Shown here in pieces: positions 9,224 through 18,575 of a stretch of DNA of 62,108 nucleotides. The translations under genes were made by a program, and so were the position numbers. Source of the DNA: an uncultured SAR86 cluster bacterium. Lineage in GTDB: Bacteria > Pseudomonadota > Gammaproteobacteria > Magnimaribacterales > D2472. Positions within the stretch are counted from its first letter, which is position 1. Each line of letters starts with the position of its first letter. The notes under the pieces are model-generated. The model was not told the DNA's origin. It was given only the letters and a program-made list of their open reading frames with translations, and did not search any database. Location of the stretch: positions 1 through 62,108 of the forward strand of contig CACDVW010000003.1 of the NCBI GenBank assembly GCA_902556355.1, in the 5' to 3' direction.

Positions 9224-9865
9224 ATGAATATCCAAGATTGTATAGTATGTAGTAGTAATCTAATCGAGTCATTCCAGACATCTGATAGTTTAAATTACTG
9301 GCACTGTAATTCATGCGGGGCCACGTTTTTAGACAAAAAACATCATATAGACAAAGACTCTGAAAAGAAAAGATATTTAGAGCATGAGAATATTATTGAA
9401 GATGAAGGCTATAGGAATTTTTTGTCTAAACTTTCGAGTCCTTTGATGGATAAAATTAATCCAAATGCAAAGGGTTTAGATTTTGGTTGTGGTCATGGGC
9501 CAGCTTTAGCAGATATATTTAAAAAGAATAAATATCTAATAGATCTATACGATCCATTCTTTTACCCCAACAAAGAAATCTTCTCTAAAACATATGACTT
9601 TATAACGTGCACTGAAACAGCTGAACATTTCTTTAATCCCAAAAAAGAATTTGACCTAATAAATACATTGCTTAAAAAAGACGGATGGCTTGGTGTGATG
9701 ACATGCTTTTTGACGTCTCATGATGCTTTTGATTCATGGCACTACAGAAGAGACCCAACCCATGTTGTATTTTATGCTGAAAAAACTTTTGAGGTTATAG
9801 CTAAACAAAGAGATTGGAATTGTGAAATTATTGCTAAAGACGTAGTATTATTTAATAAAAATTAA
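9224..9865 (+). CDS. class I SAM-dependent methyltransferase with N-terminal CxxC...CxxC zinc ribbon
   Basis: CIVCSS...CNSCG followed by GLDFGCGHGP (motif I) and LKKDGWLGVM. Confidence 0.75.
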   Translation: MNIQDCIVCSSNLIESFQTSDSLNYWHCNSCGATFLDKKHHIDKDSEKKRYLEHENIIEDEGYRNFLSKLSSPLMDKINPNAKGLDFGCGHGPALADIFKKNKYLIDLYDPFFYPNKEIFSKTYDFITCTETAEHFFNPKKEFDLINTLLKKDGWLGVMTCFLTSHDAFDSWHYRRDPTHVVFYAEKTFEVIAKQRDWNCEIIAKDVVLFNKN

Positions 9866-9879
9866 TTGGGGAGATTTAT

Positions 9880-10287
9880 ATGTTTAGTCATGTAATGTTA
9901 GGTGCTAACGATATTGAAGAGTCTAAAGCTTTTTATGATGCTACTCTTTGTGTCTTAGGCGCAAGACCAGGAAAACTATCTTTAAACCATGATGGCCATA
10001 CAAGATATATATATTTTGTAAATAATCAAAATAGCTTCATTATTTCTCAGCCTATAAATAATAAGGAAGCATCTCATGGTAATGGTGCGACGATAGGTTT
10101 TAATGCATCAAGTGAAGAAATGGTTAATGAATGGTATGAGGCAGGAAAAAAATTAGGGGGCCTAGACCCAGAATTATGTGAGCCACCTGGAGTTCGAGAG
10201 GGTGGAGGAGTAAAAATGTATTTGGCATATTTGCTTGACCCTTCAGGAAATAAAGTCTGCACCATGTTCAGACTCCCAAGAGAATAG
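9880..10287 (+). CDS. VOC (glyoxalase/bleomycin-resistance fold) family protein
   Basis: MFSHVMLGANDIEESKAFYD opening and a YLLDPSGNKV C-terminal block. Confidence 0.75.
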   Translation: MFSHVMLGANDIEESKAFYDATLCVLGARPGKLSLNHDGHTRYIYFVNNQNSFIISQPINNKEASHGNGATIGFNASSEEMVNEWYEAGKKLGGLDPELCEPPGVREGGGVKMYLAYLLDPSGNKVCTMFRLPRE

Positions 10288-10328
10288 GGCGATTATTATC
10301 TTGTCTAGACTTGGAATAATTTAAACAA

Positions 10329-11525
10329 ATGACCAAAACAGTTCTTATTTGCATTTCCATTCTGCTAGTTATTCTCGCAGCTTTTTATGGACCGAAAGTT
10401 GCTAGACTTTATAAGCTTGCAAACTTATATAACGAAGACAAAATCGCAAGCAACTTTATTAACATAGATAAAATATTTCAAGTTTCAGAGCCTATACCAT
10501 CTTCTAATAATCCCCATTCTTTTCCAAGACGGGATTTTGATCTTCCAGCTACTTACTATTTTGAAGGAGAAGAGAGGAGCCTTGAGGAAGGTTTATCACA
10601 TTTTAAAACAGATGGACTTATGGTTTTGCACAACGGTAATTTGCTATATGAAAATTATTGGAATGGTAATAGTCCAACAAGCCAACATATAGCCTTTTCA
10701 GTAACTAAATCATTTGTCTCTGCTTTGGTGGGGATAGCTCATCAAGATGGATTAATAGATAGCATTGAAGATCCAATCACAAAATATTTACCAGACTTTA
10801 ATGGGACTGGGTATGAGGGCGTGCGCATTAAAGATATATTACAGATGTCTTCAGGAGTTAAATGGAATGAAGATTACGCTGATCCAAACTCTGATATAAA
10901 TAGGTTTGGAAGAACCATTGCTAAAGGTTCTTCTTTTAGAGGTTTTGCTAAAACCCTTGAAAGAGAGAAGGAACCAGGAACTTTTCACCATTATGTAAGC
11001 ATTGATACACAAATCTTGGGTTTCTTGCTAGCTGAAGTGACGGCTATGTCACTAAAAGACTACTTGTACGAAAAGCTTTGGAATAAAATTGGAATGGAAG
11101 ATGAGGCCTATTTTATTGTTGATAATGACGGTGTTGAAATGGCTCTCGGCGGCCTTAATGCAACCTTAAGAGATTACGCAAAGTTTGGACTTTTATATGC
11201 AAACAGAGGCCAATGGAATGGAGAAAATATTGTTCCATCAAGCTGGGTCGATGCATCACATCAAACAGATGCCCCACATTTGATACCAGGAGAACACGAT
11301 CTTTCATCTTCTCCGTGGGGGTATGGATTACAGTGGTGGGTACCCGGGTTTCCTGATACAGACTACACGGCTTCAGGAGTTTATAACCAATATATATACA
11401 TAGACCCTTTAAAAAATGTTGTAATTGCAAAAACCTCATCAAATCATAGATTTACTGCTGAAAAAGAATATTCAAAGGCATCTCATGTGGCCATGTTTAG
11501 AGCTATAGCAAAAAGTATTGATTAA
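10329..11525 (+). CDS. serine hydrolase, beta-lactamase/transpeptidase-like family
   Basis: N-terminal TM/signal, S-x-x-K motif in FSVTKSF, and a downstream YSN/GGL-type region. Confidence 0.85.
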   Translation: MTKTVLICISILLVILAAFYGPKVARLYKLANLYNEDKIASNFINIDKIFQVSEPIPSSNNPHSFPRRDFDLPATYYFEGEERSLEEGLSHFKTDGLMVLHNGNLLYENYWNGNSPTSQHIAFSVTKSFVSALVGIAHQDGLIDSIEDPITKYLPDFNGTGYEGVRIKDILQMSSGVKWNEDYADPNSDINRFGRTIAKGSSFRGFAKTLEREKEPGTFHHYVSIDTQILGFLLAEVTAMSLKDYLYEKLWNKIGMEDEAYFIVDNDGVEMALGGLNATLRDYAKFGLLYANRGQWNGENIVPSSWVDASHQTDAPHLIPGEHDLSSSPWGYGLQWWVPGFPDTDYTASGVYNQYIYIDPLKNVVIAKTSSNHRFTAEKEYSKASHVAMFRAIAKSID

Positions 11526-11527
11526 AA

Positions 11528-12079
11528 ATGCCAAAAATATATTTAATCATCTGCACTATATTAGTATTTTCATGTCAGGAGCCGCCTCAAGAAAACAAAT
11601 ACATACCTCCTGCTCAAAAAGAATTTTTTAATAACAAGTTTTATATAAATCTTGAAGTAAATGAGTTCTGGTCAAGGGCATCAAAGATTAATTTTTTAGA
11701 TAATCAACAGATTAATTTTGATAAAAGTAATAAAAAAGTATCCTTTGTAATTAATCCAAAAAATATTCAAGACTATATAGATTGTGGAAAAATGAATGAC
11801 GAACTGTATGTCAATTATATCGAAAGAATTTTTGAATCATCATTGACCATTGAAACAACTATTGAAGCAATCCCGTTTAATAATTCTTCAGAAATAGAAA
11901 TCATTTCAAATTATCAATTTACATCTATTGAAACGGGGACAAGATGGGATTTTGCAACGAATGAATCCAAATTAATTTTAGTCGGAACACCAGCATACGG
12001 AGCTGAGCCATACAGAAAGTGTCTTTCTAAAAATCTAATAGAGTCCAACCTTATTAAGGCATTACTCTCAGTAGAGTAG
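11528..12079 (+). CDS. lipoprotein, unknown function
   Basis: MPKIYLIICTILVFSC has a lipobox-like Cys. The start lies 2 nt after the upstream stop. Confidence 0.5.
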   Translation: MPKIYLIICTILVFSCQEPPQENKYIPPAQKEFFNNKFYINLEVNEFWSRASKINFLDNQQINFDKSNKKVSFVINPKNIQDYIDCGKMNDELYVNYIERIFESSLTIETTIEAIPFNNSSEIEIISNYQFTSIETGTRWDFATNESKLILVGTPAYGAEPYRKCLSKNLIESNLIKALLSVE

Positions 12080-12169
12080 TTAAATAATAAATATAAATTT
12101 TATATTTTTATTAGACCACACAAGATGTTATAACTATATTGAAAGTAATTTAAATACATGGGGGGAATC

Positions 12170-12784
12170 ATGAAAAATAAATTATTAGGAGTATTATTTT
12201 TATTTACTTCAATCAGCCTAACCGCTGGAGATCATGGATCTCATAGTCATGGCGGCATGGGTAATTCAGAGGACTGGGAGATAAAAGCTTACACTTCAGC
12301 TGCACCTGCATTTATTGGAGACCATGCTACTGTTATTGGGGCTTCAGGAAAAGTATTGAGAGAGGGCACAAATGGGTGGAGGTGCGAGCCTTTTATGCCT
12401 ATGCCAAAAGATGGCTTTAAGGACCCGCATGAATCTGCAGCTGCATGCTCAGATAAGAATGCTGTTGCCTGGGCGAATGCTTACAAATCCAATACTAAGC
12501 CAGAATTAGATGGAGATGGTTGGATTTGGATGCTCCATGGTGATTTGGGCGTAGATAATTTTAAGCCTTACACTGATGGACAAAAAGATGCAGGACATAA
12601 GCATTTTATTGAATCCGGTGCCCATTTAATGTTGATGCCAAAAGATCCGTCTTCAATGGATGGCCAATCTACTGACTATACTACAGGAGCTCCATATGTG
12701 ATGTTCAAGGGTACGCCTTATGTTCACCTTATGATTCCAGTTAATGGTTATTACGATTACCAACCAGAGGCAGCACCTAAATAA
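12170..12784 (+). CDS. secreted protein with His/Gly-rich mature N-terminus, unknown function
   Basis: Met5 of the track ORF is preceded by GGGGGGA. The signal peptide MKNKLLGVLFLFTSISLTAG is followed by DHGSHSHGGMG. Confidence 0.55.
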   Translation: MKNKLLGVLFLFTSISLTAGDHGSHSHGGMGNSEDWEIKAYTSAAPAFIGDHATVIGASGKVLREGTNGWRCEPFMPMPKDGFKDPHESAAACSDKNAVAWANAYKSNTKPELDGDGWIWMLHGDLGVDNFKPYTDGQKDAGHKHFIESGAHLMLMPKDPSSMDGQSTDYTTGAPYVMFKGTPYVHLMIPVNGYYDYQPEAAPK

Positions 12785-12791
12785 AAAAGAA

Positions 12792-12811
12792 GCGCTGCCA
12801 GAAGGCAGCGC
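12792..12811 (+). terminator. GC-rich hairpin after the 12170..12784 gene
   Basis: GCGCTGCC-AGAA-GGCAGCGC forms an 8-bp perfect stem. The downstream U-tract is weak. Confidence 0.55.
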
Positions 12812-12911
12812 CTGCTTAAAATTGAAAAACTAATTAGCATCTTTGAATAGTCTTTAATATTGTTTCTAAGATAAATTAAGGTTATCTTTATAGTTCACTT
12901 GGGGGACTAAT

Positions 12912-13217
12912 ATGGAAAGATACACAAATTTTAAAGATTTTTATCCTTACTATTTAAGCGAGCATAGCAACAAAACAACAAAATTATTACATTTTATTGG
13001 AACCACTATAGCCATTTATCTTTACATCAGGTTCTTCATGACTTTTGATTTAATGTATTTACTGTATTCATTATTAGCTGGATATGGGTTTGCATGGATA
13101 GGTCATTTTTTTGTTGAAAAAAATAAACCAGCAACTTTTAAGTATCCTTTTTGGAGTTTTATTGGTGATCATAAGATGTACTTAGAAATACTTCAGGGCA
13201 AGCATAAAATTTTTTAA
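12912..13217 (+). CDS. DUF962 / Mpo1-like membrane protein
   Basis: FKDFYPYYLSEHSNKTTKLLHFIGT and GHFFVEKNKPATFKYP match my memory of the DUF962 (yeast Mpo1) family. Confidence 0.7.
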   Translation: MERYTNFKDFYPYYLSEHSNKTTKLLHFIGTTIAIYLYIRFFMTFDLMYLLYSLLAGYGFAWIGHFFVEKNKPATFKYPFWSFIGDHKMYLEILQGKHKIF

Positions 13218-13223
13218 AATCTA

Positions 13224-14045
13224 ATGGAAACATATCAAATAGTTATTTTGGGGCTATTCTTTGGCCTTGTGCTTTTAGAAATCATATACACAAATTTCTT
13301 CAGTAAACATAACCAAAGGCCAAAAGATGGAGTGGTTGAATTATTTGGTTTTTTTCAATTAAATTTTCTTGTGCTTCCATTGGTTTTTGGTTTTGGCTAT
13401 GGGTTAACTGAAACTTTTTTTCCAACCACCAAAGGCCTAATTTCTGAATGGGGATTTCTTGCAATATTTGGCTTGCTTCTAATTTTTGATGATTTAACGC
13501 AATACTGGTGGCATAGAACTTGCCACAATGTCCCAGTTTTATACAACCTTCATAGAGCGCATCATGACTCTGAGTACATGTCTATTAGAATTGTTTACAG
13601 GAATGCTCTTTTATATTACATATTAATGCCAGGACTTTGGTTTGCAGGAGCCCTTTTTTATTTAGGATCAGGATGGGTTTATGCTTTTTATATCGTAATA
13701 AAGCAAGCTGTAATATATGGAGCTCATACAGATTTAAGATGGGATAAAAAACTTTATGAGATTAAATGGATGAGCCCAATTATGTGGGTCCTTGAAAGAA
13801 CTATATCTACACCTTCAACCCACTGGATGCATCATGGAAAGCACTTAACTGATGAGAATACTCATTACAAAGGCAACTACGGTAATTTATTATTTTTGTG
13901 GGATGTGATTTTTGGCACTGCAAAGATAACAAGGGAATATCCAAAAGAAGTTGGAGTTGAAAACTTATCAGAAGTATCTGCGCTAACTCAATTATTTTGG
14001 CCAATCTTCAGATCTCCGCAGGAGCATGAAACTGAAAAAGTTTAA
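13224..14045 (+). CDS. fatty acid hydroxylase / sterol desaturase family membrane protein
   Basis: Histidine boxes HRTCH, HRAHH and HWMHH plus NYGNLLFLWDVIFGT. Confidence 0.8.
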   Translation: METYQIVILGLFFGLVLLEIIYTNFFSKHNQRPKDGVVELFGFFQLNFLVLPLVFGFGYGLTETFFPTTKGLISEWGFLAIFGLLLIFDDLTQYWWHRTCHNVPVLYNLHRAHHDSEYMSIRIVYRNALLYYILMPGLWFAGALFYLGSGWVYAFYIVIKQAVIYGAHTDLRWDKKLYEIKWMSPIMWVLERTISTPSTHWMHHGKHLTDENTHYKGNYGNLLFLWDVIFGTAKITREYPKEVGVENLSEVSALTQLFWPIFRSPQEHETEKV

Positions 14046-14828
14046 ATGCTAGATGTTGACCATTTCTTTTGGGAGAACCCTCCCTGGGGAGACGGCAAAC
14101 AAAAATATAGGTTAGGACTTAAGCCAATATTTAAAGATGAATGGCTGAATAGAAAAATTGGACCCAATCTTTACTCACATAAGAAAGAATTACTAGATAA
14201 CAAATATAATGATGTTGTTGCTGTAACAAGCGATTCCATTGAAGCACAAGAAATTTTAAGTGAGAAATTTAACTTAAAAGAATCAATTTATAATGATTTA
14301 ATTGCTGATATGAGCTTACTCATTCAAGATGATTTATGCCTAATCAGAGCAAAAGGAGATCAAGAGCTTTTGGCTGCCAGTATTTGCTCACCGAGTTATT
14401 GGAATGTTAAGTCAAAAATAGGAAAGCCGTTAAGAGAAATCCATCATCCTGTAACAACACTCAATGAAAAAATTGGCGATAGAATTTCTACATTCATAAA
14501 ACAAGCTCCGCTCATGAAGCCATTTGCAAGGCAAAATTGGTTAATTCATGGGGACACAGAAAGATTTCATCTTGTTGAAGAAGATTCATTGTTTAATGAT
14601 CCAGCACAATGGTTTATAAGATCTGAGAAAGAAACATTGTGCAGATTTCATGAAGATTATTCATTATTTACTATCAATGTTATGTTTCAACCACTTTCAT
14701 TAATTCATAGTTACCCCGAACAAAAACAAAACTTAATTACTAGCATCAACACCTTCGACGCAGAAGAAATAGATTATTTTGGGGGCGATGAAAAAGTAAG
14801 GTTATTACAAAAATATCTTTTGTCTTAA
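14046..14828 (+). CDS. DUF3445 (heme-dependent oxidative N-demethylase-like) family protein
   Basis: AASICSPSYWNVKSKIGKPLREIHHPV and FARQNWLIH match the DUF3445 consensus as I recall it. The start immediately follows the upstream stop. Confidence 0.7.
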   Translation: MLDVDHFFWENPPWGDGKQKYRLGLKPIFKDEWLNRKIGPNLYSHKKELLDNKYNDVVAVTSDSIEAQEILSEKFNLKESIYNDLIADMSLLIQDDLCLIRAKGDQELLAASICSPSYWNVKSKIGKPLREIHHPVTTLNEKIGDRISTFIKQAPLMKPFARQNWLIHGDTERFHLVEEDSLFNDPAQWFIRSEKETLCRFHEDYSLFTINVMFQPLSLIHSYPEQKQNLITSINTFDAEEIDYFGGDEKVRLLQKYLLS

Positions 14829-14878
14829 ATAGAGTAAAATATATCTGAAATATATATATACATTGGGGAGGTATAAAT

Positions 14879-15379
14879 ATGATTGGTGGAATTACCTATG
14901 TGGGATGGTTTCATACTATTGTTGGCATACCAGCTATCTTAGTAGGCCTTTATCTTTTATTTAGAGATAGATTTATTTATATAAATACTGGACTGGCAAA
15001 ATTCTATTTGATTGCTACTGTAATAACTTCAGCATCCTCTTTATTTATATTTAGAGCAACTGGCGCCTTTAATATGGCTCATTTTAATTCTGTAATAATT
15101 ATTTTGGCTGTTTTATTTGCTTATATTCTTCATAAAAGAAGTATCTTTGGATCTTTAAGCATTTATTTAAAACAATTAGCTTTAACAGGAACAGTATTCT
15201 TTAGTATGTTACCAACCACTGTTGAAGTGCTTAAGAGGGTTCCGCCGAGCAATCCATTGGCTAGTTCAATTGAAGATCCGTTAGTACTAAATTTTTACAT
15301 GTCATATGTTGTTATCTTTGGAATTTTTGCTGTTTATCAGATATTTAAAATTTCAAAAGGAGAGATAAATGAAATTTAA
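14879..15379 (+). CDS. polytopic membrane protein, unknown function
   Basis: Five hydrophobic helices with GGGGAGG upstream. Confidence 0.5.
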   Translation: MIGGITYVGWFHTIVGIPAILVGLYLLFRDRFIYINTGLAKFYLIATVITSASSLFIFRATGAFNMAHFNSVIIILAVLFAYILHKRSIFGSLSIYLKQLALTGTVFFSMLPTTVEVLKRVPPSNPLASSIEDPLVLNFYMSYVVIFGIFAVYQIFKISKGEINEI

Positions 15380-16742
15380 TAGTCATGATGAATTAGTTAA
15401 TGCCTCAAAAGAGGCTCAAAAAAAATGGCGACTCATACCAGCACCAAAAAGAGGAGAGATAATTAGAGAATTTGGAAATGAATTAAGAAATCAAAAAGCT
15501 GATTTAGCAAGTGTTATTACAAAAGAAGCAAGAAAAATTGTTTCCGAAGCAGAGGGGGAAGTCCAAGAAGCAATTGATATGTGTGATTTCGCTACTGGTT
15601 TAAGCAGGCAACTTTATGGGTTAACCATGCCAAGCGAAAGGCCCGATCACAGATTGCAAGAACTATGGCAGCCCCTTGGAGTGGTTGGCTGTATAACTGC
15701 TTTTAATTTTCCAATGGCTGTGTTTGCTTGGAATTTTTGTTTAGCCTCTGTATGCGGCAACAGTATTATTTGGAAACCAAGCCCTCATGCAACAGGATGC
15801 GCTGATGCTATTAAAAAAATATGGGATAAAGTTGCAGGCGATCACAAAGAATTAGTACTTATCCTTAATGGTGGTAATGAAGAAGCAATAGCTTTATGCA
15901 AAGATTCAAATATTCCTCTGATATCTGCTACCGGAAGTACTCAAATGGGTAAAGAATTGGCTCCATTAGTATCAGCTAGATTGGGTAGAACATTATTAGA
16001 GCTGGGTGGTAATAATGCTGCAATTATTTGCCCAACAGCTGATTTGGATTTGACTGTTAAAGGGGTGACTTTTTCGGCAGCAGGGACAACCGGACAAAGA
16101 TGTACAACACTAAGAAGAGCCTTTGTTCATGAAGACATATATGAAGAATTTATGGAGAAGCTTCATGCATATTATTCAACCCTAAAAGTTGGCGATCCTT
16201 CTGATACAGCTTCTCAATTAGGTCCACTAATCTCTGAAAAAAGCTTTAATGATATGCAGAATGTGCTTACATCCCTTAAAGAAAAGAGTGTAAAAATTCA
16301 CGGCGGTCAAAGGCTTGAGGTTGCTGATCCAAAAGAATTCTATGTAATGCCGGCCATAGTTGAAGTAAATAAAGTTGAGGATGAGATGCTTGCAGAGACT
16401 TTTGCACCAATTTTATACGTCAAAAAATTTACAGAACTTAAAGATGCTATTTGTATGCAAAATAATGTAAAACAAGGATTAAGTAGTTCTATCTTTACTA
16501 ATGATGTTAGAGAATCAGAATTATTCTTAAGTTCTGAAGGAAGCGACTGTGGAATTGCTAATGTAAACATTGGAACAAGCGGCGCTGAAATTGGGGGTGC
16601 TTTCGGTGGTGAGAAAGATACAGGCGGCGGAAGAGAATCAGGTTCAGATTCATGGAAAGCTTATATGAGAAGAGTCACGGCAACTGTTAATTATGGTAGC
16701 GAGCTACCGCTTGCCCAAGGAGTAGAATTTGATGAAAGCTAA
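15369..16742 (+). CDS. aldehyde dehydrogenase, ALDH7/aminoadipate-semialdehyde (piperideine-6-carboxylate) dehydrogenase-like
   Basis: ELGGNNA and catalytic GQRCTT motifs. The N-terminal W(R)LIPAPKRGEIIR and EAEGEVQEAIDMCDFA blocks are typical of the ALDH7 clade. Confidence 0.85.
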   Translation: MKFNSHDELVNASKEAQKKWRLIPAPKRGEIIREFGNELRNQKADLASVITKEARKIVSEAEGEVQEAIDMCDFATGLSRQLYGLTMPSERPDHRLQELWQPLGVVGCITAFNFPMAVFAWNFCLASVCGNSIIWKPSPHATGCADAIKKIWDKVAGDHKELVLILNGGNEEAIALCKDSNIPLISATGSTQMGKELAPLVSARLGRTLLELGGNNAAIICPTADLDLTVKGVTFSAAGTTGQRCTTLRRAFVHEDIYEEFMEKLHAYYSTLKVGDPSDTASQLGPLISEKSFNDMQNVLTSLKEKSVKIHGGQRLEVADPKEFYVMPAIVEVNKVEDEMLAETFAPILYVKKFTELKDAICMQNNVKQGLSSSIFTNDVRESELFLSSEGSDCGIANVNIGTSGAEIGGAFGGEKDTGGGRESGSDSWKAYMRRVTATVNYGSELPLAQGVEFDES

Positions 16743-17739
16743 AATAGCCATAATTGGAAAAGGCAATATCGGCTGGGCCATAAAACAGTTATTAAAAGAC
16801 GACTATGAAATAAAGCATGGAGATATAACAGAAGGTCTTGATGCAAGAGATATCGATCAAGTTAGAGAATTTCTAAAAGGAACGGATGCTGTTATATCTG
16901 CAGGACCTTTTGCCATAAATCAAAATATTGGAACTGTTGCCTCAGAGATGGGCATCGGATATTTTGATTTGACTGAAGATGTTGAGACTACTGAATTTAT
17001 TAGAAGCATAGATTCTCAAAGTATTATGATGCCTCAATGCGGATTGGCTCCAGGAGCAATTAATATTTGTGCTGCTGGCATGATCAATCAATTTGATAAT
17101 GTAAAAGAGGTAATGATGAGAGTTGGTGCGCTACCTCGTTTTACCAATAACGAAATGAGTTACTATTTGAGCTGGTCGACTAACGGATTGATAAATGAAT
17201 ATTGCAATGAGGCTGATGCTATATATGAGGGTAAATCAATAAAAGTTATGCCTCTTGAAGGCGCTGAAAAGCTAACCATAGAAGGTGAGTCTTATGAAGC
17301 ATTCAATACCAGTGGTGGCTGCGCGACTATGTGTGAAACTTATGAGGATAAAGTTGAAAATCTATCATATAAGACCATCAGGTATCCTGGACATTTAAAC
17401 CATATGAAGTTTTTGTTTAATGATCTTCATCTAAAGAAAAATAAAGATATTTTAGAAAAGCTTTTTGATAAAGAAGTTCCCAGAACAACAAATGATGTTA
17501 TTGTTTTTTATGTAAAGGTTATTGGAGAAATCGACGGAATTCTTCAAGAGAAAACCTATTTAAAGAAAATATATGGCGATGATAAGTTTAGTGCAATTCA
17601 AAGAACTACTGCCTCAGGGGTGTGTAGCGTTTTAGATATGTATGTAAATGGAAAAATTAAGTCCACAGGTTTTATAAAACAAGAATCCATTTCTTGGGAT
17701 GATTTTATAGACAACAAATTTGGAAAGGTTTACACCTAA
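16729..17739 (+). CDS. saccharopine dehydrogenase family NAD(P)-binding protein
   Basis: Rossmann motif IAIIGKGNIGWAI and a GLAPGAINI block. It overlaps the ALDH gene by 14 nt. Confidence 0.7.
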   Translation: MMKAKIAIIGKGNIGWAIKQLLKDDYEIKHGDITEGLDARDIDQVREFLKGTDAVISAGPFAINQNIGTVASEMGIGYFDLTEDVETTEFIRSIDSQSIMMPQCGLAPGAINICAAGMINQFDNVKEVMMRVGALPRFTNNEMSYYLSWSTNGLINEYCNEADAIYEGKSIKVMPLEGAEKLTIEGESYEAFNTSGGCATMCETYEDKVENLSYKTIRYPGHLNHMKFLFNDLHLKKNKDILEKLFDKEVPRTTNDVIVFYVKVIGEIDGILQEKTYLKKIYGDDKFSAIQRTTASGVCSVLDMYVNGKIKSTGFIKQESISWDDFIDNKFGKVYT

Positions 17740-17934
17740 TTAATCTTTGTAAATAAATATTTCATCAAGAGATACTTCAAAAAATCTGGTGAGTTTTATT
17801 GCAAGAGTCAAAGACGGATCAAATTTACCATTCTCAATTGAGTTAATAGTTTGTCTACTTACAGACAATGCTTCCGCTAAGGCATTTTGACTTACTTGCC
17901 TTTTTTGGCGCAGGTCTTTTAATTTATTCTCCAT
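17740..17934 (-). CDS. XRE family HTH transcriptional regulator (about 64 aa from Met17 of the track ORF)
   Basis: LRQKRQVSQNALAEALSVSRQTINSIENGKFDPSLTLAIKLTRFFEVSLDEIF. The start at 17934 overlaps the upstream membrane gene stop by 11 nt. Confidence 0.85.
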   Translation of the reverse strand: MENKLKDLRQKRQVSQNALAEALSVSRQTINSIENGKFDPSLTLAIKLTRFFEVSLDEIFIYKD

Positions 17935-18382
17935 CTTTAAGATATTTCCTGTCGAATATATATCCGCCAATACCGCTTCCAATCGCCCAGGCTATAAAGC
18001 ATTCATAAAACCCAATTTCAAAACCTAAATAAGGTGAAAGGATTGAAAAGAGCATGCCAAAACTAAGAAATCCCAAACCACCCCATGCGCCCAAATAAAG
18101 ATAGTATCTGTGCATAAGCTCATCTTGTGTTTTGATAAATTTATTTTGATAAATTGCTGCAATAATCCAGAAAATTATGATTAAAGATCTAATTAAGGTC
18201 ATAAATGGACCATTATCTGTTTCTAGGGCTGGGCCAAATATTCCATCTACTGTTGTTAAGTGAACTCCCCAAAACAAAGCTCCAATAAAGAAAAAAGATA
18301 TGGAAATTAAGTAATTCTTTTTATCTTCTTTGTTCAAAGATTTTATTTGAATCCATGATCCTTTATGAGTTATTTTAGCCAT
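17924..18382 (-). CDS. membrane protein co-transcribed with the XRE regulator
   Basis: Four hydrophobic helices, in the same regulator-plus-membrane arrangement as 951..1782. Confidence 0.6.
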   Translation of the reverse strand: MAKITHKGSWIQIKSLNKEDKKNYLISISFFFIGALFWGVHLTTVDGIFGPALETDNGPFMTLIRSLIIIFWIIAAIYQNKFIKTQDELMHRYYLYLGAWGGLGFLSFGMLFSILSPYLGFEIGFYECFIAWAIGSGIGGYIFDRKYLKDGE

Positions 18383-18468
18383 TTTCTATCTCCCCATTGC
18401 CTCTAACTATATTCCGATAATTCTAAAGATTTCTGTAGATGAGAAGGTTACTGTATTAAAGCAATATA

Positions 18469-18486
18469 TGTCAAGTATACTTTACA
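18469..18486. promoter_or_regulatory. near-palindrome TGTCAAGTATACTTTACA upstream of the membrane-XRE operon (candidate operator)
   Basis: 16 of 18 positions are self-complementary around a GTATAC core. It lies 87 nt upstream of the 18382 start in a 193-nt divergent intergenic region. Confidence 0.35.
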
Positions 18487-18575
18487 TATTTTTATTTTAT
18501 TTAAACTAAAAATAGCTGGGAATATTTAGGTATATAAAGTTAAAATATATAAAATCGCATAATAATTCTATACAT

